Positions 10,947 through 23,949 of a stretch of 51,517 bases of DNA are shown one piece after another. A program made the position numbers and the translations under genes. Each line of letters opens with the position of its first letter. The first letter of the stretch is position 1. Origin of the DNA: Centroscyllium fabricii. Lineage: Eukaryota. Location: assembly GCA_051313645.2 (NCBI GenBank), contig JBNRSN020000770.1, positions 62,001 through 113,517 on the forward strand, read 5' to 3'. The notes under the pieces were generated by a model. That model did not search any database, was not told where the DNA came from, and saw only the letters and a list, made by a program, of their open reading frames with translations.

Positions 10947-13900
10947 ATCATGTCTAAATACCAATCATTCCCCAGTGTAGATGATATCATGTCTAATTAA
11001 CAATTATTCCCCAGTGTAGAGGGTATCATGTCTAATTAACAATCATTCCCCAGTGTAGAGGATATCATGTCTAATTAACAATTATTCCCCAGTGTAGAGG
11101 GTATCATGCCTAATTAACAATTATTCCCTGTTGTAGAGGATATCATGTCTATTTAACAATTATTCCCCAGTGTAGAGGGTACCATGTCTAATTAACAATT
11201 ATTCCCTGTTGTAGAGGATGTCATGTCTATTTAACAATTATTCCGCAGTATAGAGGATATCAGGTCTAATTAACAATTATTCCATGTTGTAGAGGATATC
11301 ATGACTAATTAACAATTATTCCCTGTTGTAGAGGATATCATATTTAATTAACAATTATTCCCTGTTGTAGATGATATCATGTCTAATTAACAATTATTCC
11401 CTGTTGTAGAGGATATCATGTCGAATTAACAATTATTCCCCAGCGTAGAGGGAATCATGTCTAATTAACAATTATTCCCCGGAGTAGAGGGTATCAAATC
11501 TAATGAACAATTATTCCCTGTTGTAGAGGATATCATGTCAATTTAACAATTATTCCCTGTTGTAGAGTGTATCATGATTAATTAACAATTACTCCCTGTT
11601 GTAGAGGATATCATGTCGAATTAACAATTATTCACCAGCGTAGAGGGTATCATGTCTAATTAACAATTATTCCCTGTTGTAGAGGATATCATGTCTAATT
11701 AACAATTAGTCCCTGTTGTAGAGGATATCAGGTCTAATTACAATTATTCCCTGTAGTAGAGGGTATCATGTCTAATTAACAATTATGACCTGTTGTAGAG
11801 GATATCATGTCTAATTAACAATTATTCCCCGGTGTAGAGGGTATCATGTCTAATTAACAATTATTCCCTGTTGTTGAGGATATCATGTCTAATTAACAAT
11901 TATTCACCAGTGTAGAGGATATCATGTCTAATTAACAATTACTCCCCAGTGTAGAGGGTATCATGTCTATTTAACAATTATACCCTGTTGTAGAGGATAT
12001 CATGTCTATTTAACAATTATTCACCAGTGTAGAGGGTATCATGTCTAATTAACAATTATTCCCTATTGTAGAGGATATCATGTCTATTTAACAATATTCC
12101 CCAGTGTAGAGGATATCAGGTCTAATTAACAATTATTCCCTGTTGTAGAGGGTTTCATGACTAATTAACAATTATTCCCCAGTATAGAGGGTATCATGTC
12201 TAATTAACAATTATTCCCCAGTGTAGAGGGTATCATGTCTAATTAACAATTATTCCCTGTTGTAGAAGGTATCAAGTCTAATTAACAATTATTCCCTGTT
12301 GTAGATTATATCATGTCAAATTAATAATTATTCCCTGTTGAAGAGGATATCATGTCTAATTAACAATTATTCCACGGTGTAGAGGATATCATGTCTAATT
12401 AACAATTATGACCTGTTGTAGAGGATATCATGTCTAATTAACAATTATTCCCTGTTGTAGAGGATATCATGTCTAATTAACAATTATTCCCCCGTATAGA
12501 GGATATCATGTCTAATTAACAATTATGACCTGTTGTAGAGGATATCATGTCTAATTAACAATAATGACCTGTTGTAGAGGATATCAGGTCTAATTAACAA
12601 TTATGACCTGTTGAAGAGGATATCATGTCTAATTAACAATTATTCCCCCGTGTAGAGGATATCATGTCTAATTAACAATTATGACCTGTTGTAGAGGATA
12701 TCATGTCTAATTAACAATAATGACCTGTTGTAGAGGATATCAGGTCTAATTAACAATTATTACCTGCTTTAGAGGATATCATGTCTAATTAACAATTATT
12801 CCCTGTTGTAGAGGATATCATGGCTAATTAACAATTATTACCTGTTGTAGAGGATATCATGTCTAATTAACAATTGTTCCCCAGTGTAGAGGATATCATG
12901 TCTAATTAACAATTATTCCCCAGTGTAGAGGATATCATGACTAATTAAAAATTATTCCCTGTTGTAGAGGATATCATGTCTAATTAACAATTATTCCCCA
13001 GTGTAGAGGATATCATGCCTAATTAACAATGATTCCCCAGTGTAGAGGGTATCATGTCTAATTAACAATTATGGCCTGTTGTGGAGGATATCATGTCTAA
13101 TAAACAATTATTCCCCAGTGTAGAGGATATCATGTCTAATTAACAATTATTCCCTGTTGTAGAGGATATCATGTCTAATTAACAATTATTCCCCAGTGTA
13201 GAGGATATCATGTCTAATTAACAATTGTTCCCCAGTGTAGAGGATATCATGACTAATTAACAATTATTCCCCGTTGTAGAGGATATCATGTCTAATTAAC
13301 AATTATTCCCCAGTATAGACGATATCATGTCTAATTAACAATTATTTCCCAGTGTAGAGGATATCATGTCATATTAACAATTATTCAACCAGTGTAGAGG
13401 ATAACATGTCTAATTAACAATTATTCCCCAGTGTAGAGGATGTCATGTCTAATTAACAATTATTCCCTGTTGTAGAGGATATAATGTCTAATTAACAATT
13501 ATTCCCCAGTGTAGAGGGTATCATGTCTAATTAACAATTATTCCCCAGTGTAGAGGATATCATATCTAATTAACAATTATTCCCCAGTGTAGAGTGTATC
13601 ATGTCTAATTAACAATTATTCCCTGTTGTAGAGGATATCATGTCTATTTAACAATTATTCCCCAGTGTAGAGGGTATCATGTCTAATTAACAATTATTCC
13701 CAGTTGTAGAGGATATCATGTCTATATAACAATTATTCCCCAGTGTAGAGGATATCAGGTCTAATTAACAATTAGTCCCTGTTTTAGAGGACATCATGTC
13801 TAATTAACAATTATTCCCCAGTGCCGAGGATATCATGTCTAATTAAGAATTATTCCCCAGTGTAGAGGTTATCATGTCTATTTAACAATTATTCCCCAGT

Positions 13901-15660
13901 GTAGAGGATATCAGGTCTAATTAACAATTATTCCATGTTGTAGAGGATATCATGTCTAAATAACAATTATTCCGCAGTGTAGAGGATATCAGGTCTAATT
14001 AACAATTATTCCATGTTGTAGAGGATATCATGACTAATTAACAATTATTCCCTGTTGTAGAGGATATCATATCTAATTAACAATTATTCCCTGTTGTAGA
14101 GGATATCATGTCTAAATAACAATAATTCCCTGTTGTAGAGGATATCATGTCGAATTAACAATTATTCCCCAGCGTAGAGGGAATCATGTCTAATTAACAA
14201 TTATTCCCCGGAGTAGAGGGTATCAAATCTAATGAACAATTATTCCCTGTTGTAGAGGATATCATGTCAATTTAACAATTATTCCCTGTTGTAGAGTGTA
14301 TCATGATTAATTAACAATTACTCCCTGTTGTAGAGGATATCATGTCGAATTAACAATTATTCACCAGCGTAGAGGGTATCATGTCTAATTAACAATTATT
14401 CCCTGTTGTAGAGGATACCATGTCTAATTAACAATTAGTCCCTGTTGTAGAGGATATCAGGTCTAATTACAATTATTCCCTGTAGTAGAGGGTATCATGT
14501 CTAATTAACAATAATTCCCTGTTGTAGAGGATATCATGTCTAATTAACAATTATTCCCCGGTGTAGAGGATATCATGTCTAATTAACAATTATGACCTGT
14601 TGTAGAGGATATCATGTCTAATTAACAATTATTCCCCGGTGTAGAGGGTATCATGTCTAATTAACAATTATTCCCCAGTGTAGAGAATATCATGACTAAT
14701 TAACAATTATTCCCCAGTGTAGAGGGTATCATGTCTAATTAACAATTATTCCCTGTTGTAGAAGGTATCAAGTCTAATTAACAATTATTCCCTGTTATAG
14801 ATTATATCATGTCTAATTAATAATTATTCCCTGTTGTAGAGGATATCATGTCTAATTAACAATTATGACCTGTTGAAGAGGATATCATGTCTAATTAACA
14901 ATTATTCCACGGTGTAGAGGATATCATGTCTAATTAACAATTATGATCTGTTGTAGAGGATATCATGTCTAATTAACAATTATTCCCTGTTGTAGAGGAT
15001 ATCATGTCTAATTAACAATTATTCCCCCGTGTGGAGGATATCAGGTCTAATTAACAATTATGACCTGCTTTAGAGGATATCATGTCTAATTAACAATTAT
15101 TCCCTGTTGTAGAGGATATCATGGCTAATTCACAATTATTACCTGTTGTAGAGGATATCATGTCTAATTAACAATTGTTCCCCAGTGTAGAGGATATCAT
15201 GTCTAATTAACAATTATTCCCCAGTGTAGAGGATATCATGACTAATTAACAATTATTCCCTGTTGTAGAGGATATCATGTCTAATTAACAATTATTCCCC
15301 AGTGTAGAGGATATCATGCCTAATTAACAATGATTCCCCAGTGTAGAGGGTATCATGTCTAATTAACAATTATGACCTGTTGTGGAGGATATCATGACTA
15401 ATAAACAATTATTCCCCAGTGTAGAGGATATCATGTCTAATTAACAATTATTCCCTGTTGTAGAGGATATCATGTCTAATTAACAATTATTCCCTGTTGT
15501 AGAGGATATCATGTCTAATTAACAATTATGACCTGTTGAAGAGGATATCATGTCTAATTAACAATTATTCCACGGTGTAGAGGATATCATGTCTAATTAA
15601 CAATTATGACCTGTTGTAGAGGATATCATGTCTAATTAATAATTATTCCCTGTTGTAGAG
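10947..15660. repeat. 39-bp tandem satellite, left arm (~120 units)
   Basis: Consensus ATCATGTCTAATTAACAATTATTCCC(CAG/TGT)TGTAGAGGAT, head to tail with no spacers. Confidence 0.98.
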
Positions 15661-18420
15661 AATCATAGAATCATAGAATCATAGAAATTTTACAGTGCGG
15701 ATAAGGGCCATTCGGCCCATCCAGTCCGCACCGGCCCAGGAAACTCCTCGCTATACTAACCCCATTTGCCCGCACCTGGCCCATAACCCTGTATGTTATG
15801 GTCCTTCATGTGCTGGTCCAAATATTTTTTAAATGTTGCGATGGTTTCTGTTTCCACCACCCTTACAGGCAGGGAGTTCCAGACTTCCACCACCCTCTGG
15901 GTAAAGAAATTTCTCCTTACCTCCCCCCTAAACCTCCCTCCCCTAATCTTGAATCTATGTCCCCTAGTACTTGACTCTCCCACCAAGGGAAACAATGCCC
16001 CTTTATCTACCCTATCGTGTCCTCTCATGATCTTGTAGATCTCAATCATGTCACCCCTCCACCTTCTCTTCTCCAGGGCAAACAACCCCAGCCTGTCCTG
16101 CCTCTCTTCGTAGCATAAGTCCCCCAGACCAGGTATCATCCTGGTAAACCTTCTCTGCACCCTTTCCAGGGCAACCACATCCTTCCTGAAGTGCGGTGAC
16201 CAGAACTGCACACAGTACTCCAGCTGGGGTCTCACCAGTGTATTATACAAGTTTAACATTACCTCCCTACTTTTGTATACTATGCCCTGGTTAATAAAGG
16301 CCAGAATTCCGTATGCCTTCTTAACCACCTTGTTAACGTGTCCAGCAACCTTCAGGGAGCTGTGCACCTGTACCCCTAGGTCCCTTTGTTCCTCGGTCCT
16401 TTTTAACGTTTTGTTGTTCATGGTATATTCCCTTAACCCATTTGGTCTACCGAATTGAATGACCTCGCATTTCTCTGGGTTGAACTCCATTTGCCATTTT
16501 TCTGCCCAATTAACCATTAGATCTATATCCTCCTGAAGCCCCTTACTATCCTCATCGTTGTTTACCACCCTTCCGATTTTCGTATCATCAGCGAATTTGC
16601 TGATCATACCCCCTACTCCCATATCCAAATCGTTGATGTATACTAGAAACAGTAAGGGTCCCAAAACCGATCCCTGGGGGACACCACTGGTTACTGGTTT
16701 CCAGTCACAGAAGCAGCCCTCTACCATTACCCTCTGTCTCCTATCCCCTAGCCAATTTTCGATCCACTGTGCCAAGTTGCCCTGAATCCCGTGCGCTCTA
16801 ACCTTTGTTATTAGTCTCCTATGTGGGACTTTATCAAAAGCTTTGCTAAAGTCCATATACACTACGTCCACAGTACTCCCTTCATCCACCCTCTTTGTTA
16901 CCTCCTCAAAGAATTCCAACAGGTTAGTCAGGCACGACTTACCTTTGACGAAGCCATGCTGACTGTCCCTTATGAGACCTTGTTTGTCCAAATGCGAGCT
17001 GATTTTGTCCCTCAGAATTTTTTCCATTACTTTCCCTACTACAGATGTAAGACTGATTGGCCTATAGTTACCCGGTTTGTCCCTACTACCCTTTTTAAAC
17101 AGGGGTACTACATTAGCCGTTCTCCAGTCCTCAGGTACATAACCTGACGCGAGAGAGGTCCTGAAGATTTGAGACAGGGGGACCGAAAGCTCTTCCCTGG
17201 CCTCGAACAGCAGCCTGGGGAACATTGCGTCCGGCCCTGGTGATTTGTCCACCTTTAAGCCTCCCAAGATTTCTAAAACTTCTTCCCATGTAGTGGTAAT
17301 ATCCTTGATTACCCCCCCTACACTCTGTCCGATTTCGATGTCGGTATTGTCCCTCTCTTTTGTGAATACTGAAGAGAAGAATTCATTTAGTACCTCCCCC
17401 ACCTCCTCAGGCTCGACGCACAGCTTTCCGCTATCGTCCTTAATGGGCCCCACTCTTTCCCTCGTGATCCTTTTGTTTTTTATATAACTATAAAAAGCCT
17501 TAGGGTTTTCCTTGATTTTACCGGCCATTGTAATCTCATGACCTCTCTTGGCTTTTCTTATCTCCTTCTTTAAATCACCCCTATATTTCTTATACTCCCC
17601 TAGTGCCTCCTCGGTTTTTAGCCGTTTATATTCATTGAAAGCCCCCTTTTTTTCTTCATTAATTTACATATATCCCTAGACATCCAAGGTTCCCTTTGTT
17701 TGCCTCCCCCACCCTTAATTTTTGCAGGAACATGTTCCTCCTGTATCTTCCCGACTTCCCCTCTGAAGGCCTCCCACTGCTCTGATGCAGATCTTCCTCT
17801 GAGAAGATGGCCCCAGTCTACTGCGGCTAAATCGTTCCTAATTTTATTGAAATCCACCTTCCCCCAGTTTAGTACTTTTACCCCTGGTCCATTTTTATCT
17901 TTCTCCATTACAATTTTGAAACTAACTGAATTGTGGTCGCTATCCCCGAAGTGCTCCCCCACTGTTACCTCCTCAATCTGACCGTCCTCGTTCCCAAGTA
18001 TTAGGTCTAATACCGCCCCCCCCCCCTTGTAGGTGACCCAACATATTGTTTCAAAAAAATTTCTTGGCTGCATTGTAAAAATGCTGAACCTTCCGTGCCC
18101 CTCACACTTTGATTTTCCCAGTTGATATTGGGGAAATTAAAGTCCCCTAATATTGTTACTTTATTATTTTCACTTATCTTCGTGATATGTTCACATATCT
18201 TATCCTCTACCTCCCTTTTACTGTTTGGTGGTCTATAATATACTCCCAGTAAGGTGACCCCCCTTTTTATTTTTTACCTCCACCCATAGTGCCTCGTTTG
18301 AGGAATCGTTCATTAGGTCGACCCGCCTAATGGCTGTGATTGAATCCTTAATCAGTATCGCTACCCCCTCTCCCCTTTTTCCCTCGTCTCTGTCCCGCCT
18401 GAAAACTCTATACCCCGAAG
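15661..18420 (-). mobile_element. Young 5'-truncated CR1 LINE inserted in the satellite
   Basis: (ATTCTATG)n tail at 15661-15686; RT ORF; endonuclease motifs GYRVFRRDR, GVYYRPP, LGDFNFP, LDLIL. The satellite register resumes at GTAGAG^GATATC with no clear TSD. Confidence 0.97.
15756..17528 (-). CDS. CR1 ORF2 reverse transcriptase portion (590 aa uninterrupted; ORF2 continues upstream through frameshifts)
   Basis: KSPGPD, NYRPISLTS, QHGF, DFSKAFDKV, GVPQGSVLGP, FADDTK. Confidence 0.93.
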   Translation of the reverse strand: MAGKIKENPKAFYSYIKNKRITRERVGPIKDDSGKLCVEPEEVGEVLNEFFSSVFTKERDNTDIEIGQSVGGVIKDITTTWEEVLEILGGLKVDKSPGPDAMFPRLLFEAREELSVPLSQIFRTSLASGYVPEDWRTANVVPLFKKGSRDKPGNYRPISLTSVVGKVMEKILRDKISSHLDKQGLIRDSQHGFVKGKSCLTNLLEFFEEVTKRVDEGSTVDVVYMDFSKAFDKVPHRRLITKVRAHGIQGNLAQWIENWLGDRRQRVMVEGCFCDWKPVTSGVPQGSVLGPLLFLVYINDLDMGVGGMISKFADDTKIGRVVNNDEDSKGLQEDIDLMVNWAEKWQMEFNPEKCEVIQFGRPNGLREYTMNNKTLKRTEEQRDLGVQVHSSLKVAGHVNKVVKKAYGILAFINQGIVYKSREVMLNLYNTLVRPQLEYCVQFWSPHFRKDVVALERVQRRFTRMIPGLGDLCYEERQDRLGLFALEKRRWRGDMIEIYKIMRGHDRVDKGALFPLVGESSTRGHRFKIRGGRFRGEVRRNFFTQRVVEVWNSLPVRVVETETIATFKKYLDQHMKDHNIQGYGPGAGKWG

Positions 18421-21400
18421 GATATCATGTCTAATTAACAATTATTCCCCCGTGTAGAGGATATCATGTCTAATTAACAATTATGACCTGTTGTAGAGGA
18501 TATCATGTCTAATTAACAATAATGACCTGTTGTAGAGGATATCAGGTCTAATTAACAATTATTACCTGCTTTAGAGGATATCATGTCTAATTAACAACTA
18601 TTCCCTGTTGTAGAGGATATCATGGCTAATTAACAATTATTACCTGTTGTAGAGGATATCATGTCTAATTAACAATTGTTCCCCAGTGTAGAGGATATCA
18701 TGTCTAATTAACAATTATTCCCCAGTGTAGAGGATATCATGACTAATTAACAATTATTCCCTGTTGTAGAGGATATCATGTCTAATTAACAATTATTCCC
18801 CAGTGTAGAGGATGTCATGCCTAATTAACAATGATTCCCCAGTGTAGAGGGTATCATGTCTAATTAACAATTATGACCTGTTGTGGAGGATATCATGTCT
18901 AATAAACAATTATTCCCCAGTGTAGAGGATATCATGTCTAATTAACAATTATTCCCTGTTGTAGAGGAAATCATGTCTAATTAACAATTATTCCCCAGTG
19001 TAGAGGATATCATGTCTAATTAACAATTATTCCCCAGTGTAGAGGATATCATGACTAATTAACAATTATTCCCTGTTGTAGAGGATATCATGTCTAATTA
19101 ACAATTATTCCCCAGTATAGACGATATCATGTCTTATTAACAATTATTTCCCAGTGTAGAGGATATCATGTCATATTAACAATTATTCAACCAGTGTAGA
19201 GGATATCATGTCTAATTAACAATTATTCCCCAGTGTAGAGGATGTCATGTCTAATTAACAATTATTCCCTGTTGTAGAGGATATAATGTCTAATTTACAA
19301 TTATTCCCTGTTGTAGAGGATATCATGTCTAATTAACAATTATTCCCCAGTGTAGAGGGTATCATGTCTAATTAACAATTATTCCCCAGTGTAGAGGATA
19401 TCATGTCTAATTAACAATTATTCCCCAGTGTAGAGTGTATCATGTCTAATTAACAATTATTCCCTGTTGTAGAGGATATCATGTCTATTTAACAATTATT
19501 CCCCAGTGTAGAGGGTATCATGTCTAATTAACAATTATTCCCTGTTGTAAAGGATATCATGTCTATATAACAATTATTCCCCAGTGTAGAGGATATCAGG
19601 TCTAATTAACAATTAGTCCCTGTTTTAGAGGACATCATGTCTAATTAACAATTATTCCCCAGTGCAGAGGATATCATGTCTAATTAAGAATTATTCCCCA
19701 GTGTAGAGGTTATCATGTCTATTTAACAATTATTCCCCAGTGTAGAGGTTATCATGTCTATTTAACAATTATTCCCCAGTGTAGAGGATATCAGGTCTAA
19801 TTAACAATTATTCCATGTTGTAGAGGATATCATGTCTAAATAACAATTATTCCCCAGTGTAGAGGATATCATGGCTAATTAACAATTATTCCCTGTTGTA
19901 GAGGATATCATGACTAAATAACAATTATTCCCTGTTGTCGAGGATATCATATCCAATTAAAAATTATTCCCTGTTGTTGAGGATAACATGTCTAATTAAC
20001 AATTATTCCCTGTTGTAGAGGATATCATGTCGAATTCACAATTATTCCCCAGCGTAGAGGGTATCATGTCTAATTAACAATTATTCCCCAGTGTAGAGGG
20101 TATCATGTCTAATTAACAATTATTCCCTGTTGTAGAGGATATCATGTCAATTTAACAATTATTCCCTGTTGTAGAGTGTATCATGATTAATTAACAATTA
20201 AACCCTGTTGTAGAGGATATCATGTCGAATTAACAATTATTCACCAGCGTAGATGGTATCATGTCTAATTAACAATTATTCCCTGTTGTAGAGGATATCA
20301 TGTCTAATTAACAATTATTCCCTGTTGTAGAGGATATCAGGTCTAATTAACAATTATTCCCTGTTGTAGAAGGTATCATCTCTAATTAACAATAATTCCC
20401 TGTTGTAGAGGTTATCATGTCTAATTAACAATTATTCCCCAGTGAATAGGGTATCATGTCTAATTAACAATTATTCCCTGTTGTAGAGGATATCATGTCT
20501 AATTAACAATTATTCCCCAGTGTAGAGGATATCATGTCTAATTAACAATTATTCCCCAGTGTAGAGGATATCATGAATAATTAACAATTATTCCCTGTTG
20601 TAGAGGATATCATGTCTAATTAACAATTATTCCCCAATATAGAGGATATCATGTCCAATTAACAATTATTCCCCAGTATAGAGGATATAATGTCTAATTA
20701 ACAATTATTCCCCAGTGTAGAGGATATCATGTCATTTTAACAATTATTCCCCAGTGAAGAGGATATCATGTCTATTTAACAAGTATTCCCCAGTGTAGAG
20801 GATATCAGGTCTAATTAACAATTATTCGATGTTGTAGAGGATATCATGTCTAATTAACAATTATTCCCCAGTGTAGAGGATATCATGTCTAATTAACAAT
20901 TATTCCCTGTTGTAGAAGGTATCATGTCTAATTAACAATTATTCCCTGTTGTAGAGGATATCATGTCGAATTAACAATTATTCCCCAGCGTAGAGGGTAT
21001 CATGTCTAATTAACAATTATTCCCCAGTGTAGAGGGTATCATGTCTAATTAACAATTATTCCCTGTTGTAGAGGATATCATGTCAATTTAACAATTATTC
21101 CCTGTTGTAGAGGGTATCATGATTAATTAACAACTATTCCCTGTTGTAGAGGATATCATGTATATTTAACAATTATTCCCCAGTGTAGAGGGTATCATGT
21201 CTAATTAACAATTATTCCCTGTTGTAGAGTATATCATGTCTATATAACAATTATTCCCCAGTGTAGAGCATATCACTTCTAATTAACAATTAGTCCCTGT
21301 TTTAGAGGATATCATGTCTAATTAACAATTATTCCCCAGTGCAGAGGATATCATATCTAATTACGAATTATTCCCCAGTGTAGAGGTTATCATGTCTATT

Positions 21401-23743
21401 TAACAATTATTCCCCAGTGTAGAGGATATCAGGTCTAATTAACAATTATTCCATGTTGTAGAGGATATCATGTCTAAATAACAATTAATCCTCAGTGTAG
21501 AGGATATCATGGCTAATTAACAATTATTCCCTGTTGTAGAGGATATCATGACTAATTAACAATTATTCCCTGTTGTCGAGGATATCATATCCAATTAAAA
21601 ATTATTCCCTGTTGTAGAGGATATCATGTCTAATTAACAATTATTCCCTGTTGTAGAGGATATCATGTCGAATTTACAATTATTCCCCAGCGTAGAGGGT
21701 ATCATGTTTAATTAACAGTTATTCCCCAGTGTAGAGGGTATCATGTCTAATTAGCAATTATTCCCTGTTGTAGAGGATATCATGTCAATTTAACAATTAT
21801 TCCCTGTTGTAGAGGGTATCATGATTAATTAACAATTAAACCCTGTTGTAGAGGATATCATGTCGAATTAACAATTATTCACCAGCGTAGATGGTATCAT
21901 GTCTAATTAACAATTATTCTCTGTTGTAGAGGATATCATGTCTAATTAACCATTATTCCCTGTTGTAGAGGATATCAGGTCTAATTAACAATTATTCCCT
22001 GTTGTAGAAGGTATCATCTCTAATTAACAATAATTCCCTGTTGTAGAGGTTATCATGTCTAATTAACAATTATTCCCCAGTGTAGAGGGTATCATGTCTA
22101 ATTAACAATTATTCCATGTTGTAGAGGATATCATGTCTAAATAACAATTATTCCCTGTTGTAGAGGATATCATGTCTAATTAACAATTATTCCCCAGTGT
22201 AGAGGATATCATGTCTAATTAACAATTATTCCCCAGTGTAGAGGATATCATGAATAATTAACAATTATTCCCTGTTGTAGAGGATATCATGTCTAATTAA
22301 CAATTATTCCCCAGTATAGAGGATATCATGTCTAATTAACAATTATTCCCCAGTGCAGAGGATATCATGTCATTATAACAATTATTCCCCAGTGTAGAGG
22401 ATATCATGTCTATTTAACAAGTATTCCCCAGTGTAGAGGATATCAGGTCCAATTAACAATTATTCCCTGTTGTAGAGGATATCATGTCTAATTAACAATT
22501 ATTCCCCAGTATAGAGGATATCATGTCTAATTAACAATTATTCCCCAGTGTAGAGGATATCATGTCATTATAACAATTATTCCCCAGTGTAGAGGATATC
22601 ATGTCTATTTAACAAGTATTCCCCAGTGAAGAGGATATCAGGTCCAATTAACAATTATTCCATGTTGTAGAGGATATCATGTCTAATTAACAATTATTCC
22701 CCAGTGTAGAGGATATCATGTCTAATTAACAATTATTCCCTGTTGTAGAAGGTATCATGTCTAATTAACAATTATTCCCCAGTGTAGAGGATATCATGGC
22801 TAATTAACAATTATTCCCTGTTGTAGGGGATATCATGACTAATTAACAATTATTCCCTGTTGTCGAGGATATCATATCTAATTAACAATTATTCCCTGTT
22901 GTAGAGGATATCATGTTTAATTAACAATTATTCCCTGTTGTAGAGGATATCATGTCGAATTAACAATTATTCCCCAGCGTAGAGGGTATCATGTCTAATT
23001 AACAATTATTCCCCAGTGTAGAGGGTATCATGTCTAATTAACAATTATTCCCTGTTGTAGAGGATATCATGTCAATTTAACAATTATTCCCTGTTGTAGA
23101 GGGTATCATGATGAATTAACAACTATTCCCTGTTGTAGAGGATATCATGTCGAATTAACAATTATTCACCAGCGTAGAGGGTATCATGTCTAATTAACAA
23201 TTATTCCCTGTTGTAGAGGATATCAGGTCTAATTAACAATTATTCCCTGTTGTAGCGGGTATCATGTCTAATTAACAATAATTCCCTGTTGTAGAGGTTA
23301 TCATGTCTAATTAACAATTATTCCCCAGTGTAGAGGGTATCATGTCTTATTAACAATTATTCCATGTTGTAGAGGATATCATGTCTAAATAACAATTTTT
23401 CCCCGGTGTAGAGGGTATCATGTCTAATTAACAATTATTCCCTGTTGTAGAGGATATCATGTCTAATTAACAATTATTCCCCAGTGTAGAGGATATCATG
23501 TCTAATTAACAATTATTCCCCAGTGTAGAGGATATCATGACTAATTAACAATTATTCCCTGTTGTAGAGGATATCATGTCCAATTAACAATTATTCCCCA
23601 GTATAGAGGATATCATGTCTAATTAACAATTATTCCCCAGTGTAGAGGATATCATGTCATATTAACAATTATTCCCCAGTGTAGAGGATATCATGTCTAA
23701 TTAACAATTATTCCCTAGTGTAGAGGATATCATGTCTAATTAA
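18421..23743. repeat. 39-bp tandem satellite, right arm (~136 units)
   Basis: Same consensus as the left arm. Confidence 0.98.
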
Positions 23744-23769
23744 GCACCGTCTGTTCTTTCAATTGAATC

Positions 23770-23866
23770 CTCATTCTGATGAATGTTTCCAGTCCTGAAA
23801 TGTTAACTCTTTTTCACTCTCCACGGATGCTGTTAGGGCTGCAGAGTATTTCCACCATTGTCTGTT
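23770..23866 (+). mobile_element. Penelope-like terminal relic with degenerate hammerhead core
   Basis: CTGATGA (23776) ... GAAA (23797) TGTTAACTCT...GATGCTG...GAGTATTTCCA. Confidence 0.5.
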
Positions 23867-23949
23867 GTTATTAAAGAACTATAACGGATCATCCCTGATG
23901 TATGAGGGGGATGTTAGAGTTTGGATCAGAAATTGTACAAAAGATAATT

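Noticed and set aside
10947-23743. CRISPR array
   Set aside because: Units are head to tail with no unique spacers, there are no cas genes, and the context is vertebrate.
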